A stretch of DNA of 64,000 bases, taken from positions 64,691-128,690 of the forward strand of contig JBAZTY010000001.1 of the NCBI GenBank assembly GCA_041661685.1, in the 5' to 3' direction. The position numbers were made by a program, and so were the translations under genes. Under the pieces are notes generated by a model. It made no database searches and had not been told where the DNA came from. It saw only the letters and a list, made by a program, of their open reading frames with translations. Shown here one piece after another: positions 1 to 8,393 of the stretch. Position 1 is the first letter of the stretch; the number at the start of each line of letters is the position of its first letter. Origin of the DNA: Patescibacteria group bacterium (GTDB lineage Bacteria; Patescibacteriota; Patescibacteriia; Patescibacteriales; UBA12465).

Positions 1-274
1 GGAATTATCTTATTGGCGCAAGCCAGCGCTGCTGATTCCGATGCCGCGGTCGCATCAGGAAGATAACGCCGCTTATTTCGCTAAGGCGCAGGCGGCCTTG
101 TTTTTGTATCAATCCGAGTTATCTCCGGAAAAATTAGCCCTGGAAATAAGGAATATTTTAAACGATCCGGTGCGACTGAAGAATCTGGGCAACAACATCG
201 GCAAGATCATGAAACGCGATGCCGCTGATACTATTTCCGGAATTATCTGGGAGATAATCAGCGGACGAGAATAA
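1..274 (+). CDS. murG: MurG glycosyltransferase, C-terminal fragment (5' end outside window)
   Basis: Frame is open from nt 2 (ELSYWRKPALLIPMPRSHQEDNAAYF...), resembling the conserved MurG C-terminal region. It sits directly upstream of murC. Confidence 0.75.
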   Translation, partial: ELSYWRKPALLIPMPRSHQEDNAAYFAKAQAALFLYQSELSPEKLALEIRNILNDPVRLKNLGNNIGKIMKRDAADTISGIIWEIISGRE

Positions 275-287
275 GGAAATAACAAAA

Positions 288-1772
288 ATGAAGAAAAATA
301 AAAGTCAGAAAATTTTTTATCTTATTGGCATCAAAGGCGTCGGCATGACCATGCTGGCCCAGTTTTTAGCAGCGCATGGCCATAACGTTTCCGGTTCTGA
401 TATTATCGATTCTTTCATGACCGATAAGGTCTTAAAGACAGGGAAGATAAAAGTCTTATCGCCGTTCGCGATTGAAAATATTCCGGCTCGTCCAGACGTG
501 ATCATCTATTCTTCCGCTTTTAATGAGAAGAACAATCCGGAGATGGCCCACATTAAGAAGTATCAGGCGCTATTTAAGAATATCCCGGTTTTGGCTTACG
601 CCGAAGCTCTCGGCCAGATCTTTAATGAGTATTATGGCATTGCTGTCTGCGGTAGCCATGGCAAGACGACAACCTCCGCTTGGCTGGGCTATGTTCTGAT
701 GAAAGCCGGGAAGAAGCCGAATGTGCTCGTCGGTTCGCGCGTCCCTCAATTTAGCGGCAGCAGCCTGAAGGGTTCGTCGAAATACTTTGTCGCTGAAGTT
801 GATGAATATCAGAATAAGCTGCAATATTTCCGGCCCGCTGGCGTCGTACTCAATAATATCGATTATGATCATCCGGATTATTTTAAGACCAAGGCGGCCT
901 ACGCCCAAGTTTTTGTTGATTTTATCAAGAAGATTCCAGCTTCAGGTTTCCTAATCGTCAACAATCGCGATGAAGCTAGTCAGAAGATAAAGAAAAATTG
1001 CCGCGGCCGAGTCTATTCTTATGACTTAGCGCCGAAAGCTGAGACTTTTGTCGAAGCTGAAGAAGCTGTCGGTGGTAAATCAGAATATCTAGCCTATGAC
1101 TGGCGGTTGAAGAACGGCCATCAGATATTCAAAGTCGCTTATCGCGAGATCAGCCTGAAAGGCCAGACGCGCCTCGAAGCAGTCTCCGGCTTAGGAGAAT
1201 TTAAGATCCGTCTTTGGGGGAAACATAATGTGCTTAACGCGCTCGCGGTCATCGCTGCTAGCCGTGAATTGAAAGTGCCGCTGGACAAGATCAGAAGCGG
1301 TTTAGCGTTATTTACCGGTACCGAACGCCGCGCCCAGATTTTGGGAAAATATCACGGCGCTCTGATTATCGATGACTACGCGCATCATCCGACGGAAATA
1401 GCCGCGACTCTTTCCGGTTTGCGCGCGCATTATCCGGATAAGAAAATAATTACGGTTTTTCATCCGCATACTTTTACGCGCACTAAAGCTCTTTTTAAAG
1501 ACTTTGTGAAAAGCTTTGTCATGTCGGACGAATTAGTGATTCTAGATATTTACGGTTCGGCCCGGGAAAAACAGGGCGGAGTATCAAGCAGCCAATTAGC
1601 CGCCGCGATACTCAAATTAAATAAAGCTCGTAAGATAATCCAGCCAGTCAAGCATTTAGGCGCTATGAAGGAGGCGACTGCGTATCTGCGCCGGCATCTG
1701 ACCTCTAAAGATGTCTTGCTGCTGATGGGGGCCGGCGATGTCTTTAGGATCGGAGAAGACTTGCTAAAATAG
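288..1772 (+). CDS. murC: UDP-N-acetylmuramate--L-alanine ligase
   Basis: 494 aa. N-terminal GIKGVGMTMLAQFL dinucleotide-fold motif, Mur-ligase P-loop GSHGKTTT, DDYAHHP motif. Confidence 0.93.
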   Translation: MKKNKSQKIFYLIGIKGVGMTMLAQFLAAHGHNVSGSDIIDSFMTDKVLKTGKIKVLSPFAIENIPARPDVIIYSSAFNEKNNPEMAHIKKYQALFKNIPVLAYAEALGQIFNEYYGIAVCGSHGKTTTSAWLGYVLMKAGKKPNVLVGSRVPQFSGSSLKGSSKYFVAEVDEYQNKLQYFRPAGVVLNNIDYDHPDYFKTKAAYAQVFVDFIKKIPASGFLIVNNRDEASQKIKKNCRGRVYSYDLAPKAETFVEAEEAVGGKSEYLAYDWRLKNGHQIFKVAYREISLKGQTRLEAVSGLGEFKIRLWGKHNVLNALAVIAASRELKVPLDKIRSGLALFTGTERRAQILGKYHGALIIDDYAHHPTEIAATLSGLRAHYPDKKIITVFHPHTFTRTKALFKDFVKSFVMSDELVILDIYGSAREKQGGVSSSQLAAAILKLNKARKIIQPVKHLGAMKEATAYLRRHLTSKDVLLLMGAGDVFRIGEDLLK

Positions 1773-1797
1773 CAGAAATATTGTATTATTCTCATTT

Positions 1798-3588
1798 ATG
1801 ACCCAAGTAAACGAGAAAAAAAATGAGAAGGAGAGCATATCCTGGAAACGTTTCTGGATAGAATTATGGCGCTTATTAGCGTCTTTTAGGAAATTGTTCG
1901 GAACCATCACCCTCGTTATCTTGGCGGCGGCGCTTTTGGATTTAGGGAAGCCGTATATCTTGCAGCTGGTCATCGACAATCTGAATAATTTTTCCAATGA
2001 GAAGTTTCTCTTCTTGATCAAACTGATTGCTCTTTATTTAGCTACGGATGAAGTCCGCTCTTTCATCCAGTATTTGTCTGATCGTAAGATTTTGAGCTTA
2101 TTGGTAAAAGTGGAATATTTCTTGGGCATGAAGGCTCAAGAAAAATTAGTCTCGCTCAGCCTCGGCTACCACGAGCGCCAGAATACCGGATCTAAGATAA
2201 TCAAGATTGAGAAGGGAGTTGATAAGATTTCTGAATTTTTGAACAATATCTTCTGGGAAGTGCTCCCGACTGTCTTTCAGCTCGTCTTCACTCTCGTCGC
2301 TTTATTCTGGTCCGACTGGCGTATCGGCCTATCCTTCCTCATCTTCGCGCCGCTTTTCATCTTTATCACCTATTGGTCGAATAAGCGGATGTATCCGGTC
2401 ATGAAGGCGATTTTTCGCTACTATGAAGACGCTTCTGGCAAGATGGGGCAGGCGATCATCAATATCAACGCGGTTCAGTCTTTTGTCCAAGAAGAGAACG
2501 AGCTAAAAGGCTTCAGCCGCATCAAGGAGCGTATTCGCGACAATGAGAATAAACAATATGGCTGGATGATGAAGATCGGCTTAGGGCGTAATTTCATCGT
2601 CGATGTCGGCCGTTCCGCCGTTTTATTCCTCGGCGTTTATTTGGTCTATAAAGGTTTGATGACTATCGGCTCTTTGATTTTCGTCTTTACGCTCAGCGAA
2701 AAGGCTTATGCTTCTTTATATCGTTTGTCTCGTTTTTATGATCGTATGGAAAAAGGCCGGGAAGGCGTTAGCCGTCTGATTGCCTTATTTAATGAAGAGA
2801 GCGAGATAATTAATTCGCCGGACGGCTTAAAGCCGCAAGATATCAAAGGCGAAATCAGCTTTGACCACGCTTCTTTCTATTATAATATTAATAAGCGCCC
2901 CGCTGTCAGCGATCTAAATTTCACGATTCAATCGGGCGGCGTCACAGCGCTCGTCGGTCCTTCCGGCGGCGGCAAGACGACTATTGCCCGTTTAGCCTAT
3001 CGCCATTATGATCCTCAGAAAGGCCGTGTTTTGTTGGACGGAAAAGATTTGCGCGATTATGACTTGAAGAGCTTTAGGAAATTTTTAGCTATTGTCCCGC
3101 AAGAGGTAGAAATATTTGATCTGACTGTCGCAGAAAATATTGCCTACGCTCGGCCGGAAGCTACTCGCGAAGAGATAGTCGCGGCGGCTAAGATCGCCAA
3201 TGCCGATGAATTCATCAACAAGCTCGACAAGAGCTACGAAACGATGACTGGAGAAAGAGGCATAAAATTATCCGGCGGCCAGCGCCAGCGCCTCGGCATT
3301 GCTCGGGCGATTCTAGCTAATCCGCGCATCCTCATCTTTGATGAAGCGACTTCTAATCTTGATAGCCAGAGCGAAGTTTTAATTCAAGACGCGATGAAGA
3401 AGATCAGTCAGAATCGAACTATGATAATCATCGCCCATCGTTTAAGTACTATAAAACAAGCTGATAATATTATTGTCCTTGAAGGCGGCAAGGTGGCCGA
3501 GCAGGGCAGCCATAAGGAATTGGCTTCGGCTCAAGGCGGCCTATATGCCAAACTCTTGAAGCTGCAGGCGATGGGGGAAGTGGATTAA
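1798..3588 (+). CDS. Fused ABC exporter (TM permease domain + ATPase), MsbA/ABCB-like
   Basis: 596 aa. Hydrophobic N-terminal half, Walker A GPSGGGKTT, signature LSGGQRQR, Walker B ILIFDEATS. Confidence 0.9.
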   Translation: MTQVNEKKNEKESISWKRFWIELWRLLASFRKLFGTITLVILAAALLDLGKPYILQLVIDNLNNFSNEKFLFLIKLIALYLATDEVRSFIQYLSDRKILSLLVKVEYFLGMKAQEKLVSLSLGYHERQNTGSKIIKIEKGVDKISEFLNNIFWEVLPTVFQLVFTLVALFWSDWRIGLSFLIFAPLFIFITYWSNKRMYPVMKAIFRYYEDASGKMGQAIININAVQSFVQEENELKGFSRIKERIRDNENKQYGWMMKIGLGRNFIVDVGRSAVLFLGVYLVYKGLMTIGSLIFVFTLSEKAYASLYRLSRFYDRMEKGREGVSRLIALFNEESEIINSPDGLKPQDIKGEISFDHASFYYNINKRPAVSDLNFTIQSGGVTALVGPSGGGKTTIARLAYRHYDPQKGRVLLDGKDLRDYDLKSFRKFLAIVPQEVEIFDLTVAENIAYARPEATREEIVAAAKIANADEFINKLDKSYETMTGERGIKLSGGQRQRLGIARAILANPRILIFDEATSNLDSQSEVLIQDAMKKISQNRTMIIIAHRLSTIKQADNIIVLEGGKVAEQGSHKELASAQGGLYAKLLKLQAMGEVD

Positions 3589-3630
3589 TTAATATTTTTT
3601 GGTTTTTTGTGATATTTTAAAATACTAATC

Positions 3631-4419
3631 TTGAGTTTTATGTATAAAGGATTTACTTCTGAGGACTATAAAAAATATTTTAATCTTTCGGCAGAGTATT
3701 CTGTTTCTGGATTGCTGTCTTCTGGCACCTGGAACGAAGAAGAATATTTTAAAGAAATACATGAAGTTCTTAAAGGTTTGAACATTGGGTACTCATCTAA
3801 GAGATTGGAAGGATTTCTGAGTCATATATATGAGATTAAGATAGATGGCAAGATCTACTGGTTGAGTTCATTATATGGTGGTGTTATGTTATCAGAATAT
3901 ATTCATTTGGCCTGTCTTTTTGGATCAAAAAAGAATATTCATATAGGAAGTTGTGGAGGACTCTATCCGAATATGAAAACATTGGATTTTTTGATTCCGA
4001 GTTATAGCTATGGCGACGAGAGCACCACTAGAATGTATGATCGTAAAATAACTGATAACAAACATTTTCCCAATGAAAGTTTATCTAATTTTCTCGTAGG
4101 AAGATTGCCAGCTAAAAGCAAGATTTGGCGCGGGCCAGTTACAACTTGCCAGGCTATGTTAGGCGAAACTTTCGAAGATGTGGCCGCTTGGTCAAAAGAT
4201 GGCTATTATGGAGTAGACATGGAAACCTCCACCTTATTTTCTATTTCTAATTATTTTAAAGTTCCAAGCTCGGCGCTTTTATACGTGGCTGATAATTTAA
4301 TAGAAAATTTTACAGTACTCGATGAAGAGTTTGTAAATAATAAAAAAGTACGGGATGAGATAAAAAATAATGTTTATCGTACAGGTCTGCTAACCTTGAT
4401 TGAATACAGTCTAAGCTAG
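3631..4419 (+). CDS. PNP/UDP-family nucleoside phosphorylase-like protein
   Basis: 262 aa. GSCGGL, GVDMETSTLF and ALLYVADN segments resemble the purine/uridine phosphorylase fold. TTG start at 3631 or ATG at 3640. Visibly AT-rich gene. Confidence 0.55.
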   Translation: MSFMYKGFTSEDYKKYFNLSAEYSVSGLLSSGTWNEEEYFKEIHEVLKGLNIGYSSKRLEGFLSHIYEIKIDGKIYWLSSLYGGVMLSEYIHLACLFGSKKNIHIGSCGGLYPNMKTLDFLIPSYSYGDESTTRMYDRKITDNKHFPNESLSNFLVGRLPAKSKIWRGPVTTCQAMLGETFEDVAAWSKDGYYGVDMETSTLFSISNYFKVPSSALLYVADNLIENFTVLDEEFVNNKKVRDEIKNNVYRTGLLTLIEYSLS

Positions 4420-4585
4420 ATAAAATTTATTATATTCATGCCAGTTTTTTGGTCAGATATCTTTGATCTAGCCACCTTTAATTGTGATTGACAAAATCCA
4501 AATAAAGATGTTAAATGATATGAATCCCAAAAAAGGGAATTGTATCTTTAACAATTAAATTCTGAAATCAAAAAAACCAAGAGAT

Positions 4586-6010
4586 ATGAAGACTATTACT
4601 AAAAGAGAGAATGATTATTCACAGTGGTATCTGGATGTTATCGCTGCGGCTGACCTCGCCGAACACTCGGTCGTTAGGGGGTGCATGGTCATAAAACCAT
4701 ACGGGTATGCTATCTGGGAAAAAATGGTTAGCGTTATTGATTCCATGCTGAAAGAAAAAGGAGTCAAAAATGCTTATTTTCCTATTTTTATTCCCGAAAG
4801 CTTCTTAGAGAGGGAGAAAAAGCACGTTAAGGGATTCTCGCCAGAGTTGGCAGTGGTCACTCATGGCGGAGGCAACAAGCTCCAAGAACCGCTTATTGTC
4901 AGACCGACATCGGAGACGATAATTTACGACTCTTTTTCTAAATGGATTAATTCTTATCGCGATTTGCCTATGCTAATAAATCAATGGGCAAACGTCGTGC
5001 GTTGGGAAATGAGGCCTAGATTATTCCTGCGTACTACGGAATTCTTATGGCAAGAGGGTCACACAGCTCATGTTTCTCTAGAAGAGGCGGACAAGTACGC
5101 TCTCGATATTCTAAACAATGTTTATAAAAGATTCGCCGAAGATTATATGGCTATGCCTGTCTATACTGGGCAGAAGTCGGAAGGTGAAAAATTTGCCGGT
5201 GCTTTTAAAACTTATTGTATCGAGGCAATGATGCAGGATGGAAAATCTCTTCAAGCCGGAACGTCCCATAATTTATCTGATAATTTTTCTAAATCTTTTA
5301 ATGTTTCTTTTCTTGATGAAACCGGGAGAAAGAAGAATGTATTTCAGACAAGTTGGGGAGTTAGTACTAGATTGATTGGCGGTTTGATTATGAGTCATAG
5401 CGACGATAGGGGGCTTGTTCTGCCACCGAAGATAGCTCCGATTCATGTTGTTATTATACCCGTTAATCCAAATGAAAAGATTTTGGACACTATCCAATCA
5501 ATAAGGCAGAGCCTATCTGGTATTCCTGTTGAAGTCGACTTGAGAGACAATCTTAATCCTGGAGAAAAATATTATGAGTGGGAGAAGAAGGGAATCCCGA
5601 TCAGAATTGAAATCGGACCAAAAGATTTAGAAAAAGGAGAGATAGTTATGGTTCGTCGAGATTCTGGCGTTAAAAAATCTTGTCCTATTGCTGGAGTCAG
5701 ATTAACGATTGAGAAAACATTATTAGACATTCAGGAAAATCTTTTTCTCAAGGCGTTGGATAGAAGGCAGAAAAGTAATGGAAAGGCAGACTCTTGGATC
5801 GCGTTTGAACAGAAAATCAGATCCGGAGGCTACGTATTTGCACATTGGTGTGAAGGTGAGGATTGTGAGGCTGACATCAAAAAGAAAACTAAAGCCGTCA
5901 GTCGATTCTTATCTTTTGACGCCGATGAGGAAGGCGGTGTCCATGTTTGTATAAACTGCGGAAAAAATGTAGTCGAAAAGAAACGTTGGGCATTTGCTAA
6001 GGCTTATTAA
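4586..6010 (+). CDS. proS: Prolyl-tRNA synthetase, archaeal/eukaryote-like type
   Basis: 474 aa. N-terminus KRENDYSQWYLDVI...GCMVIKPYGYAIWE is typical of the short ProRS type. Class II core and a C-terminal Cys-rich Zn domain ending AKAY. Confidence 0.92.
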   Translation: MKTITKRENDYSQWYLDVIAAADLAEHSVVRGCMVIKPYGYAIWEKMVSVIDSMLKEKGVKNAYFPIFIPESFLEREKKHVKGFSPELAVVTHGGGNKLQEPLIVRPTSETIIYDSFSKWINSYRDLPMLINQWANVVRWEMRPRLFLRTTEFLWQEGHTAHVSLEEADKYALDILNNVYKRFAEDYMAMPVYTGQKSEGEKFAGAFKTYCIEAMMQDGKSLQAGTSHNLSDNFSKSFNVSFLDETGRKKNVFQTSWGVSTRLIGGLIMSHSDDRGLVLPPKIAPIHVVIIPVNPNEKILDTIQSIRQSLSGIPVEVDLRDNLNPGEKYYEWEKKGIPIRIEIGPKDLEKGEIVMVRRDSGVKKSCPIAGVRLTIEKTLLDIQENLFLKALDRRQKSNGKADSWIAFEQKIRSGGYVFAHWCEGEDCEADIKKKTKAVSRFLSFDADEEGGVHVCINCGKNVVEKKRWAFAKAY

Positions 6011-6037
6011 CAAACCAAAAAAGAAAGGAGCGAAAAA

Positions 6038-7198
6038 ATGTTTGATTCAGTAAGATTAGAGTTAACTGGCAGGTGTGATATGAAATGTCTTTACTGTCAC
6101 GCAGGAGAAAAAAATACTGCCTGTTATAATGAAGAGGAGCTATCTCATGAGAGATGGTTAGAAATTATTGCCGAATGTAAAGAGCTTGGAGTGAAAAATT
6201 TTACGCTTACCGGCGGAGAACCTTTCCTTTATAGTCGCTGGCCGGAAATAGTCGAAGCCTGCGGTCAGGAATCAAGAGTAGTCATCTCTACAAACGGAAA
6301 GCACTTTTCACGTAGCAATATTGAAATCATCTCTACTTTTCCTCAGATTAAAGAGTTTAGAACTAGTCTGGATGGGTTAGAGACGAATGACCTGATACGC
6401 GATGGTAGCAGCTATAAGTCCGCCCTGGAAAATATCAGGCTTCTTAAAACTTTGCTGCCCGATCGAAAGATCATGATCCAAACGGTGATTTATGAACAGA
6501 ATATCCCTGAGATTTCGCCGCTCTATGAAGAATTGAAAGGTATAGGGATTTACTGTTGGCGCTTAAGCCAGCTTTGGAAGACGGTTAGAACTCAGAAAAA
6601 TCGTCATATTGTGGATTTTTCTGATTATAACAAACTTTTTGATGTTTATGCTGAAATCATAAAAAAACATCAATCAGACGCCAAGCCCTTTCTCTTGAGG
6701 ATAGACAATGTTTATTATTCCTGGATAGATAAGGAGGATTATGCTCCAATGGACTTATTCGGTCATCCTTGCGAATATAATTTCGCCCATCTTTGCATTA
6801 ATGCCAACGGCGATTTAATTTTTTGTCCAGCCATGAATGTCAGCTATGGGTCTGTTAAGGAGCGCCAGATTAAAGATGTAGTAGAAAATTCTGAATGGTT
6901 CGATCGTTTCAAAAAAATTACTGTTAAATCGCTCGGTTGCGGAAATTGCCGTTACATTAAGATATGTGGTGGAGGTTGCCGCGCCGATGCCTTAAGATGG
7001 TTAGGAAAGACGGAAGATATTGACCCCAATTCTTGTTGCATGATGCCTAGAATTGAAAACCTCATTCTGCCTTTGCTTGGAGAGGAAGAAAGACTCGCGT
7101 TTTCTGCCTTGATAAATAAAGATGGAATATATCCCCGTTTTTGTGGAGATAATATTGAAGTAGTAGTTAGTTCATTCTTAAAAAAAGGAGAACAGTAA
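6038..7198 (+). CDS. Radical SAM enzyme with C-terminal SPASM-like Cys cluster
   Basis: 386 aa. CDMKCLYCH (CxxxCxxC) near the N-terminus and C-terminal CGNCRYIKICGGGCRADA plus further Cys. Strong AAGGAG RBS 8 nt upstream. Starts 27 nt after the proS stop. Confidence 0.85.
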   Translation: MFDSVRLELTGRCDMKCLYCHAGEKNTACYNEEELSHERWLEIIAECKELGVKNFTLTGGEPFLYSRWPEIVEACGQESRVVISTNGKHFSRSNIEIISTFPQIKEFRTSLDGLETNDLIRDGSSYKSALENIRLLKTLLPDRKIMIQTVIYEQNIPEISPLYEELKGIGIYCWRLSQLWKTVRTQKNRHIVDFSDYNKLFDVYAEIIKKHQSDAKPFLLRIDNVYYSWIDKEDYAPMDLFGHPCEYNFAHLCINANGDLIFCPAMNVSYGSVKERQIKDVVENSEWFDRFKKITVKSLGCGNCRYIKICGGGCRADALRWLGKTEDIDPNSCCMMPRIENLILPLLGEEERLAFSALINKDGIYPRFCGDNIEVVVSSFLKKGEQ

Positions 7199-7254
7199 CA
7201 TGGTACTCAAAAACAAACAGCCGAGCTAGCCTGAGCGCAGTTCGCTAGAAGTAA

Positions 7255-7290
7255 GGCCAAACATGACGAAATGTTTGGCCTTTTTATTTT
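7255..7290 (+). terminator. Intrinsic terminator after the radical SAM gene
   Basis: 10-bp stem GGCCAAACAT / ATGTTTGGCC with loop GACGAA, followed by TTTTTATTTT. Confidence 0.7.
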
Positions 7291-7315
7291 GTAAATATTA
7301 CTCGTAGTTTACTGA

Positions 7316-8362
7316 ATGAAATTTTTCGATTATAATAAAAATATGCTTAATATAGAGAAAAACAAGGATTTAACTCCCTATACGACCCTGAAAATCGGCG
7401 CTCCGGCCGAGTTTTTCGCTGTTATCAAGAGCCGAGAAGATCTGGATGAAGCCATTCTATGGGCGAAGAGAAATAAGAAAGTTATCTGGGTTTTGGGCGG
7501 AGGTTCCAACGTCTTGATTTCTAAGAAAGTAAAGGGCTTGGTCTTGAAGAATGAAATCAAGGGGATGGAGATAAAGAAAGATGATGCTTTATCTGCTATC
7601 GTTGAAGCTGAGTCGGGAGAAAGCTGGACTCGTTTTGTTAATTTTACCGTTGAAAATAATCTAAGCGGATTGGAGAATCTGTTTTTGATCTATGGAACTG
7701 TTGGCGCTGCTCCGGTCCAGAATATCGGCGCTTATGGTATGGAATTAAAAGACGTCTTTCATTCGCTCGTAGCGATTGATTTGAAAACTGGAAGAGAGAA
7801 AATTTTTAAATCAGCTGATTGCCGTTTTGGTTATCGCGACAGTATTTTTAAGAATAAGCTGAAGGGCCGTTACTTTATTTATTCCGTGGCTTTGAAATTG
7901 AGCAAGAAGCCAGAGCTTAAATTAGACTACGGTTCGCTGCGAGAAAAATTATTAGAGCAGGGGATTGAGAATCCTTCTTCAAGAGACGTTATTGCCGTCA
8001 TCACTGAGATTAGGAACAGTAAATTGCCGAATCCGGGCGTGTTACCTAACGCTGGATCTTTTTTTAAGAATATAGAAGTGAGCATGGCTGTTTATAAGAG
8101 GTTATTAAAAAAATACCCGGCCATGCCGTCTTTTCCGGTCTCGACGATGCGCATTAAGATTCCGGCTGGCTGGCTGATAGAAACTGCCGGCTTTAAGGGC
8201 AAGAGATTCCAGTCAGTCGGCATGTATGAGAAGCAGGCTCTAATCTTCGTCAATTATGGCGGTGCGACCGCCAGCCAGGCTACCGCATTAGTCAAGAAGA
8301 TAAAAGTTGCTATCAAGAAAAAATTCGGCCTTGATTTAGAAGAGGAAGTTAATATAATATAA
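7316..8362 (+). CDS. murB: UDP-N-acetylenolpyruvoylglucosamine reductase
   Basis: 348 aa. PYTTLKIGAPAEFF, GGGSNVL and the FAD-binding MurB pattern, with a C-terminal MurB domain. Confidence 0.9.
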   Translation: MKFFDYNKNMLNIEKNKDLTPYTTLKIGAPAEFFAVIKSREDLDEAILWAKRNKKVIWVLGGGSNVLISKKVKGLVLKNEIKGMEIKKDDALSAIVEAESGESWTRFVNFTVENNLSGLENLFLIYGTVGAAPVQNIGAYGMELKDVFHSLVAIDLKTGREKIFKSADCRFGYRDSIFKNKLKGRYFIYSVALKLSKKPELKLDYGSLREKLLEQGIENPSSRDVIAVITEIRNSKLPNPGVLPNAGSFFKNIEVSMAVYKRLLKKYPAMPSFPVSTMRIKIPAGWLIETAGFKGKRFQSVGMYEKQALIFVNYGGATASQATALVKKIKVAIKKKFGLDLEEEVNII

Positions 8363-8393
8363 AGAGGCTGATATAATAAAATCTCCTAAACAT

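Noticed and set aside
7200-7229. 9-aa ORF (MVLKNKQPS) right after the radical SAM gene as a RiPP precursor
   Set aside because: It is too short. It has no Cys, Ser or Thr-rich core, no leader-like region and no RBS. It is likely a chance ORF.
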